Assembly (NCBI GenBank): GCA_963804995.1
Contig: CAWDSK010000003.1
Coordinates: forward strand, 224,001-288,000
DNA: 64,000 nucleotides
Reading direction: 5' to 3'
Source: an uncultured Acidobacteriota bacterium
GTDB taxonomy: Bacteria; Acidobacteriota; Terriglobia; UBA7540
Numbering within the stretch: position 1 is the stretch's first letter; each line of letters starts with the position of its first letter. Below, piece by piece: positions 21,043-30,711 of this stretch. The translations under genes and the position numbers were made by a program. The notes below the pieces were generated by a model. That model was not told where the DNA came from. It was given only the letters and a program-made list of their open reading frames with translations, and did no database searches.

Positions 21043-21996
21043 TCACAGGTTGGGGCCGGCCGAACCTGTGCGTTCCTTCCACCACTGTACGGTATGCTGA
21101 AGCCCTTCCTCAAGACTGGACGACGGACGCCAACCAATCTCATTCCGCAAGCGGCGGATATCCGCCAACACGAAAGGCGGATCGACTGGATTGGTTTTAA
21201 TAGCACCGAACGCAAGGAGGTCGGTGCGACCCAAGGCTTCGCCGAGGAGTTGAACAATGGCCCGGACGGTGACCGGTTCGCCTGACCCAACATTCACAGT
21301 CCCTTCGAATTTGCTCTGGGCCACGGCGGCGATGGCGGATGCCACATCCTCGACGCACAGGTAGTCCCTTACTTGAAACCCTTCCGTACACTTCGCCGCG
21401 GTTCCCCTCATCAAGGCCAGGACCACGGAAGGCACTAGACGTGATTCCTGCTCACCCGGCCCGTATACATAAAAGACCCGCGTCCAGGCAAAACTCACAG
21501 AAGCCCCGCTGCAGAATAATTCCAGAACCGACCGCGTGGCGTCCTTGGAGGCAGCATAAAGAGTCCGTGGCTTCAAGGGAGTCAAACTCTCTGACAAGTA
21601 GCCGTAGTCATAATCGTACTCAAAACATGACCCGATCCCCACCAAGCGCCGGCAACCACTGCTCGCCAGGATCTGGGCGAGCGAAAGACTCATCGCCACA
21701 CAATCCAGGTTCTCTGGTGCAGTCCAATACCGACCCGGCACCGCGTACCATGCCGAATGAATGGCACAGTCCGGCCTCGCCTCAAGCACGATCTGCCGAA
21801 CCGCTGCGCTGTCCGATAGGTCTGCCCGCCTGACTTCCAGTCCGTCAATGCAATCGGACAGACGCTCGAGTGGCGACCCTGGCCGCGCTATGATGAAAAC
21901 CGAATGACCCTGCTGCACCAACAACCGCGCAATATGAGCGCCGATAAAGCCGCCTGCGCCAGTCACAAGAACTCGTACCTTTTCAACCCCCATCAC
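21043..21996 (-). CDS. NAD-dependent nucleotide-sugar epimerase/reductase (SDR)
   Basis: VTGAGGFIG, YAASK, VYGPGE. Confidence 0.88.
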   Translation of the reverse strand: MMGVEKVRVLVTGAGGFIGAHIARLLVQQGHSVFIIARPGSPLERLSDCIDGLEVRRADLSDSAAVRQIVLEARPDCAIHSAWYAVPGRYWTAPENLDCVAMSLSLAQILASSGCRRLVGIGSCFEYDYDYGYLSESLTPLKPRTLYAASKDATRSVLELFCSGASVSFAWTRVFYVYGPGEQESRLVPSVVLALMRGTAAKCTEGFQVRDYLCVEDVASAIAAVAQSKFEGTVNVGSGEPVTVRAIVQLLGEALGRTDLLAFGAIKTNPVDPPFVLADIRRLRNEIGWRPSSSLEEGLQHTVQWWKERTGSAGPNL

Positions 21997-22021
21997 AGCA
22001 CCACCTGAAGGCCTTTCCTAC

Positions 22022-22570
22022 CTAAACAAATGGCGTAACAAAGTCGCGCAACAGAGGCAACTTTAAATCTTTCGGGGAAAGCAAAGGGTTCTCGGCTGGC
22101 CAAGTGATCGCCAAGTCAGGGTCGTTCCACCGGATGCCCCCTTCGGCCTCTGGCGCGTAACGAGAATCAACCTTGTAGAGCACTACCGACTCGTCGGTCA
22201 AAGTGCAATAGCCGTGCGCAAACCCCTTGGGAATGTATACGTAGTTCATGTGGGTGGCATTCAGTTCTAGGCTGTCCCACTGTCCGTACGTAGGAGAGGC
22301 CTCCCTGAGATCGACAAAAACGTCAAGCACGGCGCCCACCACGGCACGCACCAATTTGGTCTCTGCATGTGGAGGCCTTTGGAAGTGCAAGCCCCGAATC
22401 ACGCCGCGCCGGATGGAGGAAGACTGGTTTTCCTGAACCCACGCGGTAGTAAGACGGTGCTCCCGGAGAATCGCTTCATCGTAGGCCCGCATGAAGTAGC
22501 CCCGATCATCACGCACAGGTTTCAATTGAATCTCGTATGTCCCCTCAAGCCTCAGAGGTCGGATGTTCAT
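22022..22570 (-). CDS. rfbC: dTDP-4-dehydrorhamnose 3,5-epimerase family protein
   Basis: DDRGYF, RGLHFQ, PKGFAHG, WNDPDLAI.WP, LSPKD. Confidence 0.9.
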   Translation of the reverse strand: MNIRPLRLEGTYEIQLKPVRDDRGYFMRAYDEAILREHRLTTAWVQENQSSSIRRGVIRGLHFQRPPHAETKLVRAVVGAVLDVFVDLREASPTYGQWDSLELNATHMNYVYIPKGFAHGYCTLTDESVVLYKVDSRYAPEAEGGIRWNDPDLAITWPAENPLLSPKDLKLPLLRDFVTPFV

Positions 22571-22701
22571 TCCATTCTCCACATCGTATTTCGCTACCCG
22601 AGCCTACCCCTCTGGATGGGAATCCATCGGGCCCATGTGTGGCGTTATGGTTGAGATTCGTGGGTCACGAAGTCATAGTAATTGACTCTCGGGTTACCGA
22701 A

Positions 22702-24084
22702 CTACGCCGCTTCCCCGGATTCCCGATACCCGACACCGATGTATTGCAAACCCGACTGAAGCACAGCCTGCCTCTCGTAGAGCCTCCTTCCGTCCACTAC
22801 GAAAGCCTTCTTCTTCATCAAACTCGACAACCTCCGGAAGTCCACATTCTTGAATTGTGGCCACGCCGTTACCACGACCAGCGCATGGGCTCCCGTCACA
22901 GCCTTGAAGGGAGTCTCCGGGTAGGTCACGGAACAGTCTTTGAAGAGCGTCTTCCTGGCGTGTTCAAGGCCAATGGGATCGTAGACAGAGACCTTAGCCC
23001 CAGCCTTCAGAAGAAAATCGACAATGGGCTTGGCGGGTGTATCCCTCACATCGTCCGTGTCGGGTTTAAAGGCAATCCCCCAAACTGCCACCCGCTTATT
23101 CTTGAGCCCTCCCAACTGGTGGTTAAGCCTTTCCATAAGCCTCACAGGCTGCCGGTGATTGATGCCGATAACATCTCTCAATAGACGGGGTTGGTAACCA
23201 AGTTTCTCGGCAATGGCACAGAGCGCCGGGACATCCTTGGGGAGGCAGCTCCCCCCGTAACCACAGCCAGCTTTTAAGTAGGCCAGTATGCCCGGCGTAA
23301 GGCGCCCGCCATTGGATTTGCCCGACCAGGGCGTCAGACGAGCATCCAGGTGGAGTCCGCGCATAACGTCCAAAACGTCGATACCTCCAATGGTCTCAGC
23401 GATGGAAGCAATCTCATTCGAATAGCTGATCAAGGACGCCAGAAGTGAGTTGGAGGTGTACTTGATCATTTCCGCCGTTCGGAGGTTGGTGTGCACAATC
23501 GGACAGCGAAAGGGAGAGTACACCCTCTTGAAGACGCGGAAAGAGCGCTCGTCATCGCTGCCGATGACAATCCGGTCGGGACGAAGGAAATCTTTGATCG
23601 CGTCGCCCTCCCGCAAGAACTCGGGATTGGTGCACAACCCAAACTCGCCCGGAGCCTTCCGCGAGGTCCGGAGGAGGATCGGCTTGACGACCGTGTCGGA
23701 GGTGGAGGGAATCACGGTGGATTTCACGGCGACGACGTGATACCCGCCCTTTTTTCTCAGCACTTGCCCGATCTGCCGGGCCGCGGCTCGCACAAAACGC
23801 AGGTCAATCTTACCGTTCTTCGAAGGCGTGGGCACCGCAATCAGAGTGATCTCGGTATCCTCAACCGCTCGCGCCAAGTCGAGGGTAGCGGTAAATCGCT
23901 TTCTTTTCAGATTGCGTTCCAGCAACTCATCGAGGCCGGGTTCGTAAATCGGAGATTTACCTTTCAGGATGCTCTGAACTTTTTCCGGAATTTGATCCAC
24001 ACACACTACGTGGTGACCCACCTCGGAGAGGCAAACCCCGGAAACCAATCCCACGTACCCCGCGCCTATGATCGAAATCCTCAT
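22702..24084 (-). CDS. UDP-glucose/GDP-mannose dehydrogenase family protein
   Basis: GAGYVGL, KSTV, NPEFLREG, GYGGSCLPKD, FKPDTDDVR. Confidence 0.92.
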   Translation of the reverse strand: MRISIIGAGYVGLVSGVCLSEVGHHVVCVDQIPEKVQSILKGKSPIYEPGLDELLERNLKRKRFTATLDLARAVEDTEITLIAVPTPSKNGKIDLRFVRAAARQIGQVLRKKGGYHVVAVKSTVIPSTSDTVVKPILLRTSRKAPGEFGLCTNPEFLREGDAIKDFLRPDRIVIGSDDERSFRVFKRVYSPFRCPIVHTNLRTAEMIKYTSNSLLASLISYSNEIASIAETIGGIDVLDVMRGLHLDARLTPWSGKSNGGRLTPGILAYLKAGCGYGGSCLPKDVPALCAIAEKLGYQPRLLRDVIGINHRQPVRLMERLNHQLGGLKNKRVAVWGIAFKPDTDDVRDTPAKPIVDFLLKAGAKVSVYDPIGLEHARKTLFKDCSVTYPETPFKAVTGAHALVVVTAWPQFKNVDFRRLSSLMKKKAFVVDGRRLYERQAVLQSGLQYIGVGYRESGEAA

Positions 24085-24096
24085 CCCCTCATCCTT

Positions 24097-25197
24097 CTAA
24101 CGTTCGTCGATTCTCGGATTGTCCCGGTACCACAGCGCCGTCCTTCGCAACCCTTCAGGGAGCGCGGTGCTGGGATTGAAATTCAAAAGGCTCCGAGCCT
24201 TGGAGATATCCGGACATCTCCGTAAGGGATTATCTGACAAGTAGGCGGAGTCTTCGCTTCTCTCGAACCGTAGCCCTACGTGCACGCCAAGTGCCTCCGC
24301 CGAGACCTTGATGACCGCCTCCGCCAACTCCCGCATGGATATTTCGGGCCGCTCCACCCCAATGTTGAACGCTTCTCCGCTCGGCCCTGACAGCAGGGCC
24401 TTAAAATACCCGGCTACGGCATCCGCAATATAGCAGAATGTCCTGGTCGGCTTCCCGTCAGACAGCATGACGATGTCCCGCTTTCCCAGGACCTCACTAA
24501 AAAAGTCGGGTATGACTCTCCTGTCCCCCAGTTTAAGCCCCGGGCCGTAATTGTTGAATGGCCGCACCATGCGAATGGGTAGTCCATGGACACGATGAAA
24601 GTTAACGCACAGAGTCTCGCCAAATCTCTTGGATTCGTCGTAGCAGGCCCGGGGCCCCGTGAAGGAAACATTGCCGGGATAGGTCTCCGGCGTTGGGATA
24701 TTTTCGGGTGTGGGGTTTCCATAAACTTCGCTGGAGGAGAAGAACAGAAAACCTTGGAGTGATTCCCGGTGCTTCAGAGAAAAATCCAGCAAGTCGCGCA
24801 GACCTCTAACATTTGCGTCCATGGTCTCTATGGGATGCCTGCGGTAATACGTAGGAGAAGCAATAGAGGCAGCGTGGAGAATGTAGTCAACCTTGAGAGC
24901 GTTTAGGGTCTCGGGCAACCCTTGCGATATGTCGTGATCGACGATCGTGACCGAAGGGGCTTTCACAATTTCATCCACCCAGTGTGCCCTGCCGCGTACG
25001 AAATTGTCCACGCCGATGAACCTGCAAGGATCAGCCTGGAGAACTGTGTGATTGGCCAAGTGAATCAAGCTGCTGATATAAGTCCCTACAAAACCGGAAA
25101 ACCCAGTCATTAGTAAGGTCTGACCACGCAGCTTGTCGATATCAGAGGAGAGTTCCGCAACGATCCTCTCGCAATCTTCTTGTATGATGAAATGCAT
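24097..25197 (-). CDS. UDP-glucuronate decarboxylase-like SDR
   Basis: HAASIASP, SSSEVYG, GPRACYDESKR, TRTFCYI.D, RRCPDI. Confidence 0.82.
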   Translation of the reverse strand: MHFIIQEDCERIVAELSSDIDKLRGQTLLMTGFSGFVGTYISSLIHLANHTVLQADPCRFIGVDNFVRGRAHWVDEIVKAPSVTIVDHDISQGLPETLNALKVDYILHAASIASPTYYRRHPIETMDANVRGLRDLLDFSLKHRESLQGFLFFSSSEVYGNPTPENIPTPETYPGNVSFTGPRACYDESKRFGETLCVNFHRVHGLPIRMVRPFNNYGPGLKLGDRRVIPDFFSEVLGKRDIVMLSDGKPTRTFCYIADAVAGYFKALLSGPSGEAFNIGVERPEISMRELAEAVIKVSAEALGVHVGLRFERSEDSAYLSDNPLRRCPDISKARSLLNFNPSTALPEGLRRTALWYRDNPRIDER

Positions 25198-25230
25198 GCT
25201 TGCTCCAGTAGGCAAGGAAACTGAGGAGGT

Positions 25231-26031
25231 TTAATCCTTCCATACCTTCCAGGGGTAGTCCTTCTTCCACGCCTCATTCAACGCCACAAAGTCACGGTAG
25301 GTGTCCATGGAGTGCCAAAACCCGGTGTGAAGATAACTCATCAATTCCCCCTCGCGTGACAAGCGCTCCAAAGGTGTACGTTCCAGAACGCAATCATCAG
25401 CGTCGCTGAGGTAGTCAAAAACGCGGCGGTTAAAGACAAAAAAGCCGCCACTGACGTAGCCTTCTTGCGCCGGGGGCTTCTCACTGAATTTCTTGACCTG
25501 TCCATCCTCGACGAGAAGCTCTCCGTAACGGGAGACAGGTTGCACTCCCGTGACGGTCGCTATCCTCCCGTGTTGAGCGTGGAAATCCCAGAGTTTCTCA
25601 AGCTGAATGTCGGCGACACCGTCACCATAGGTGAGCATGAAGCTGTCTCCCCGAATGAAGGGCTCGATCCGCTTGACGCGTGCCCCGGTCATCGCTTCGG
25701 CGCCGGTATCGACAAAAGTGATGGACCAGGGCTCATGCCGGTTAACGGTGTGAAATTCCGGATTTTCGGGCGCATCCAGCCGCAGGGTAAAATCACTGTT
25801 CATGATCCGGTAGTTGAGAAAATACTCTTTAATCATCTGCCCCTTGTACCCGAGGCAGAGCACGAAATCATAGAAGCCATAGTGGGAGTAAATCTTCATG
25901 ATGTGCCAGAGGATCGGCTTGCCACCGATCTCCACCAGCGGTTTGGGGCGAAACTCAGTTTCCTCCCGGAGCCGGGTTCCCATTCCCCCGCATAAAATCA
26001 CGACTTGGCTCTTCATGGGGTTTGTGTTCAT
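25231..26031 (-). CDS. rfbF: Glucose-1-phosphate cytidylyltransferase
   Basis: LCGGMGTRLREETEFRPKP, LWHIMK.YS, LTYGDG, GFW.SMDT.RD. Confidence 0.92.
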   Translation of the reverse strand: MNTNPMKSQVVILCGGMGTRLREETEFRPKPLVEIGGKPILWHIMKIYSHYGFYDFVLCLGYKGQMIKEYFLNYRIMNSDFTLRLDAPENPEFHTVNRHEPWSITFVDTGAEAMTGARVKRIEPFIRGDSFMLTYGDGVADIQLEKLWDFHAQHGRIATVTGVQPVSRYGELLVEDGQVKKFSEKPPAQEGYVSGGFFVFNRRVFDYLSDADDCVLERTPLERLSREGELMSYLHTGFWHSMDTYRDFVALNEAWKKDYPWKVWKD

Positions 26032-26078
26032 GTCCGAATGCCCTTAGACGCCGCCTCCGTTTCCATCCGGGATTTCGG

Positions 26079-26164
26079 TAGTGTCCTAGTCTGAATGTAG
26101 CGCCGGCTTCCAGCCGGCATCGAGCCCCGATGAATCGGGGCGCTACGTTCAAACTAGGAAACTA
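26079..26164. repeat. Miniature inverted-repeat cassette with an inner GTAG REP pair
   Basis: TAGTGTCCTAGTCTGAATGTAGCGCC / GGCGCTACGTTCAAACTAGGAAACTA. Confidence 0.8.
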
Positions 26165-27676
26165 CCGGGATTTTTCCATCTGGTGTAAAACCCGGTAAGT
26201 ATAAACAGCCACAGCCACCGTCCCTAGCGCGGTAGTGAGAGCCGTCACCCATACTACTCCCGCCACGCCAAACGCCTTCGCACAGAACACCTTGGCAGGC
26301 AAATTAACCACTGCCGTGACCACATAAACAACCACCTGGAATTTCAACATATTCGCGCCGGTGAGGAAAATATCCAGGGCAGCGCCGATGAGATTCACCA
26401 GCACCCAAACCCCCGCCCCCCCCAATAACAGGTAAGACGGTTGTATTTGCGGCCCCACCCAAACATGCACAATGAACTTTCCGAACACGGCCAAGCCCAA
26501 AGCGACCGGACCGAAGGCCAGCAGGGAGAGGACGACGGAGCGGATGACCGTCTTCTTCACCCATTTCACGTCCCCGCGCGCCACGGCCTCACCGTAAGCG
26601 GGCCAGAGCGGCATCACAAACATTTGGGCTATCGTGAAAACCATGAGGAACATTCGCATGGGGACCGCGTATTGCGTGACGGCCTCCGGTCCCAGGATCT
26701 GCGTGATGATGATATTGTCGGCCGTGAAGACGAAGACCCCGCTCGCCTGGATTATCAAAAACATGACGCCGGTGCCCATCACCTTCCGGGCGGCGGCAGA
26801 ATCCCAATACGCCAACCTCGGCAGGAGCCACGGCCGCTTCCAGCCAAACTCGTGAGTCCAATTGCCCAGGACTCCAAGGATGGGTCCGCCGGACAAAGCC
26901 AGCACCAGCCAGGGCAGTCCAACCTTAAGGTGCATAGCCACCAGCAATAACATGAACCCCGTGAGGTTCCCGGCAACATTCCAGAGATTGGTCTCAAACC
27001 CCTCCTGATGGCCCGTCTGCAGACGTTGGACGACACCCAGCGGCATGTTCAGTACAAAGCAACTGAGAAACACCAATACCGCCGGCCCGGCTTCCCGCAC
27101 GGCGGTGGCGGAAGATACGTTGAAGAGGCGAGGCCAGGGAACAATGGGATAAGCGAGTGCGGATAATCCCAGCAAAAGCCCGGCGATTCCGGCCAGGATA
27201 AAAAACGCGCTGGACACATACCGGTGTAACGATTCCCGGTCCTCTTTTCCATGCGCCTCGGAAATACAATTCAAGAGCCCACTGCCGATTCCCAAATCCG
27301 CAAACGACATCATGGCCACCACGGAGGTGATGGTCATCCACAAACCATACCGCTCTGTTCCGAGATATCGAACCGTCAGGCGGACGGTAATGAGCCCGGT
27401 GAGGACCGTCACGGCTCGCGCCGTCACGGAAGTGAAAGTGGTTAGCGCCGCGCGTCGATAACGTTCCCGGGACCGGCCTTCCTCCGTCGAGGTATCGAAC
27501 GGCTTCAAGCGCAGCAGGTCCTTCATGGCGCGCGTGCGGTCCAGGATTCCCCGCACACGGAAGAGGCTCGCAAAGTCCGCCGCAGCCGGCTCTTCCGAGG
27601 GCAACTTGCCCAAGGAGGCAACGAGGGGCGGCTCAGGTGCGGGAGGCGGATTTTTCACAATTGAATCAGTTGACAT
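26162..27676 (-). CDS. Polysaccharide flippase (Wzx/MOP family)
   Basis: Multi-TM protein with YLG.ERYGLW..ADLG and DNIIITQILGPEAV.QY; first gene of the cluster. Confidence 0.85.
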   Translation of the reverse strand: MSTDSIVKNPPPAPEPPLVASLGKLPSEEPAAADFASLFRVRGILDRTRAMKDLLRLKPFDTSTEEGRSRERYRRAALTTFTSVTARAVTVLTGLITVRLTVRYLGTERYGLWMTITSVVAMMSFADLGIGSGLLNCISEAHGKEDRESLHRYVSSAFFILAGIAGLLLGLSALAYPIVPWPRLFNVSSATAVREAGPAVLVFLSCFVLNMPLGVVQRLQTGHQEGFETNLWNVAGNLTGFMLLLVAMHLKVGLPWLVLALSGGPILGVLGNWTHEFGWKRPWLLPRLAYWDSAAARKVMGTGVMFLIIQASGVFVFTADNIIITQILGPEAVTQYAVPMRMFLMVFTIAQMFVMPLWPAYGEAVARGDVKWVKKTVIRSVVLSLLAFGPVALGLAVFGKFIVHVWVGPQIQPSYLLLGGAGVWVLVNLIGAALDIFLTGANMLKFQVVVYVVTAVVNLPAKVFCAKAFGVAGVVWVTALTTALGTVAVAVYTYRVLHQMEKSR

Positions 27677-27721
27677 TACACGCGATGCCGATTTAAGAGG
27701 CTTGAATTTGTACGGTGCGAC

Positions 27722-27792
27722 GTAGCGGCGGGTTTACCCCGCCATATCGCCAACGATTTCACCTGCGGATGGCGGGATAAACCCGCCGCTAC
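27722..27792. repeat. GTAG REP doublet, related to the core of the 11684 cassette
   Basis: GTAGCGGCGGGTTTACCCCGCCA ... TGGCGGGATAAACCCGCCGCTAC. Confidence 0.8.
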
Positions 27793-27890
27793 GTCGTTCT
27801 TCATCAGCATGCTAAACCAACCATCAATAAGTTACGTCGTGGAAAAGGCCGGAAAAACGAGTATTCACCAAGACTCCCTAGCCCCTTTGT

Positions 27891-28094
27891 ATTCAACAGC
27901 GTGAGCGCTTTGAGGCGCGGCCCGCATGGAAGCCTGATTAACATCCAAATACATCTGATTGATAGAATTCCACCCCCTACAGACTCCCCACCCCTTTTGA
28001 ATTCAACAGCGTGAGGCACATTGAGGCGCCCCCTGCAGGGGAGCCTGCCAAGCTGATTAACACTTAAGTATATCTGATTGAGAACATTCCGCCC
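27891..28094. repeat. Two diverged direct repeats (~85-95 bp)
   Basis: ATTCAACAGCGTGAG...TTGAGGCGC...CTGATTAACA...ATCTGATTGA...ATTCC at 27891 and 28001. Confidence 0.7.
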
Positions 28095-28145
28095 ATTAGA
28101 TTTCTCTTATTGCTGGCGGCGCGTTTTGAGGTGCCACGGGCGTCC

Positions 28146-28265
28146 GAAGCTGTGAAAAAATCCCATCAAACCTTTCACCGCGGAGACGCGGAGGCACAGA
28201 GGTTTGAAAACAAAGGGTCATTTCTCTGCGTCTCAGCGGTGAAAATGGTATTTTTTCACACCTTC
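28146..28265. repeat. Nested inverted repeat (GAAGCTGTGAAAAAA ends around a CACCGCGGAGACGCGGAG pair)
   Basis: Outer arms 28146-28160 and 28251-28265. The inner motif recurs near 35833-35860 and 39036-39065. Confidence 0.65.
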
Positions 28266-28571
28266 TCCCGCCCGTGTCCACTCACGGCCAAGACCCCGAT
28301 GGATCGGGGCAGGTAGGCCGTGGCACGTCAAATTGTGGCGGTGGCTTTGGCGGATCGTTTGGCGCATCAGGGTGAAGCGGCTTTTGCGGTCTACCCCGGC
28401 AAACCACCCCCCGAATCTGTGGGGTCCGCGACTGTTTTTTGAGCATGTGGGACATGTCCCACTTGTTACTCTCCGCGGGGCATAGCGGGCGTTGTCCCAC
28501 CAACTTTCCCGCCTTCACACCATTTTCACCATGAGTTTTTGTCAACAGATTGCCGCGCTACGCGACGCTGC

Positions 28572-30674
28572 TCAGAATTTCCAATCGGTTGTAAGCCGCA
28601 CCGCATTGCCGCTCAGCACCCCCAGCGATTGCGCGCTGTTGTAATGCGTGTAACCCAAAGTGACCACCGTGTGTGGCCCGGTTCGCAGCGTCAAGCCAGG
28701 ACTGAGAAGCAGCGCACGCGTCAACGCGCCGTCATGCTCAATCTGTTGGACTCCTACGCCGCTGGAAAAGTCATATCCCAGTGGTCCGTGCAGTTTCCCG
28801 TGGATATGAGTGGTGACGTAGTGGCGTTGGTAAAAGTCGGGATTGAAAAAGCCCAGGAAAGGCTTCTGTGGACCTCCCAGGAAACCGTACAGGAGCCCGG
28901 AGTAACCCACGTCAAGAGCCCCCAGGCGTTTGCGGAAAATATTCCGGTTGAAAGTGAAGGAGGCGCCGCGCGCGCGGTTGTAATCGGCCTCATGCCTCAC
29001 AGCCTCCGTTTGCCCGTTGTCGATTAACACGTGGTCGTACACCAAGGTGGAGCTGGTCGACAGGAAGGAATCCAGATTCAGTTCCGTACGGGAATTGAAG
29101 CGGTAGTTAAGCCCTGCTGAGGCACGGTCCTCCATGACCCCCAGCCGCACCGCCATCGGCGTATAGGCAAGCGCTGACCGCGCTGCAGTCAGATTCAGCG
29201 TCAGCTTCTTGCGCAGGGCATAGCTCAGGTTGATGAAGCCGAGCGGGCGGAATCCCGCTGTGCGAATCGGTTCTTCCGCCGTAGAAATCCCGGCGAGTTC
29301 GCCCGGTCCAAATCGCGTCAGGCCAACTCCGCCGCGCAGGGTGATCCGGGGGGTTAGATAAGTGGTTTGCCGGTAGAGAAACTCCGATGGCCCCACGGCG
29401 CCTTCGACCCCTCCGCTGGGGCTATTGGAAGGAAGGTAATACAACGACACGTAGGAATCCGACCGGCGTAGCGCTGAGAAACCCAACGTCGTTTCGTATC
29501 CAAAAGCCCGCAAGTCCTCAGTGGTGGAGGGATCTCCCGAGCTGATTTCCCGTGCGAAGGAAGCGGAGGTGTGCAGAGTAATCCGAGACTCGTCGTGAAT
29601 AGCGCTGGCCAGATCGCGCGCTTCGTCGTTCCGAGGGTTGAGAGCCCCCACTCTGTCCAGAAGGGCTTCGGCTTTCCTGGTGTTATGCAGCGCACGTTCA
29701 AGGTTGGCGAGTAGAAGGAGTGTGGAGGTGTTGAGCGGATCATCTTCCTCCAATTTCGCCGCCAGGTTGTGCGCGTACTGCAGATCCCCGCGGTGATAGG
29801 CCACCAGAGCGTTGCCCCGCAAGGCGTCTCGATCCTTGGGGTCTCGGGCGATGAGGCGATTGAAGCGCACAAGAGCATCCGCCTGACGGTCTTCGCGAAT
29901 GTCCAGGTAAGCGAGTTGCAACTGCGCCTCGCGGTCCTGGGGATGGGAGGTTAATGCCACGCCCAGAATCTCTCGTGCTTCCGGGTTACGACCGAGGCGC
30001 ATCTCAAGCCGCGCCAGGTCCAGGGCGTATTCAGGGTTGGCAGGATATCGCTCCGCCAAGTCCTGCAAAATGGGCAACGCCGCCGAAGGGCAGCCTGCCC
30101 AAACGTATACACGGGCTATGCCTTCGAGGGCGTCGGTATCCTCAGCGCGCTCCCTGAGCATCCTCTGGTAGCTGGCGAGTGCGGTGTTGAATTGCCCGTC
30201 CAGCGCCAGAGTGCGAGCCAGCCCCACGGTCGCGTCGCGGTCATCCGGGGCAAGCTCCAGGGCCTGTTGATACGCGTTGATCGCATCTGCATAATCGCCG
30301 CGCCGCGCCTCCAGCATGGCCATTCCTTCCAGCGCCACCAGGTCAGTGGGATTCCGCGCGGCACGCTCTCGATAGAATTCTTCCACAATCGAACGTTGCT
30401 CTGGCGACTTGGCCGCTGCTTCGGGAGGCGCAGGGGAGTTTCGATCGCTGGCGGCCAGGAAATCCGGTGCAAAGAATAACGGTGCCGCCATGGCAACTAG
30501 TAAATACGCGAGTCTCCTTCTCCACTTTGCGCCCAAGGTAGCTCTTGAGCTGCGCTGAAACACTGACAGGCGGTGGCAAGCAAGGGATAAAAGGGCCGGC
30601 TGCCACTTCTTTCGAATGGGTGGTTGCCCATTCAGGTCGCGATTGGAAATATCAGTGGTAAGGTTGGTGAGCAT
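28572..30674 (-). CDS. TPR-repeat protein with a C-terminal beta-barrel-like region (start uncertain)
   Basis: Multiple TPR motifs (A...Y..AL...P); amphipathic beta C-terminus ending in WKF. Confidence 0.7.
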   Translation of the reverse strand: MLTNLTTDISNRDLNGQPPIRKKWQPALLSLACHRLSVFQRSSRATLGAKWRRRLAYLLVAMAAPLFFAPDFLAASDRNSPAPPEAAAKSPEQRSIVEEFYRERAARNPTDLVALEGMAMLEARRGDYADAINAYQQALELAPDDRDATVGLARTLALDGQFNTALASYQRMLRERAEDTDALEGIARVYVWAGCPSAALPILQDLAERYPANPEYALDLARLEMRLGRNPEAREILGVALTSHPQDREAQLQLAYLDIREDRQADALVRFNRLIARDPKDRDALRGNALVAYHRGDLQYAHNLAAKLEEDDPLNTSTLLLLANLERALHNTRKAEALLDRVGALNPRNDEARDLASAIHDESRITLHTSASFAREISSGDPSTTEDLRAFGYETTLGFSALRRSDSYVSLYYLPSNSPSGGVEGAVGPSEFLYRQTTYLTPRITLRGGVGLTRFGPGELAGISTAEEPIRTAGFRPLGFINLSYALRKKLTLNLTAARSALAYTPMAVRLGVMEDRASAGLNYRFNSRTELNLDSFLSTSSTLVYDHVLIDNGQTEAVRHEADYNRARGASFTFNRNIFRKRLGALDVGYSGLLYGFLGGPQKPFLGFFNPDFYQRHYVTTHIHGKLHGPLGYDFSSGVGVQQIEHDGALTRALLLSPGLTLRTGPHTVVTLGYTHYNSAQSLGVLSGNAVRLTTDWKF

Positions 30675-30711
30675 GACTTGCCTGACCTTTGGTGGAATGT
30701 GGGTCTAAAGT

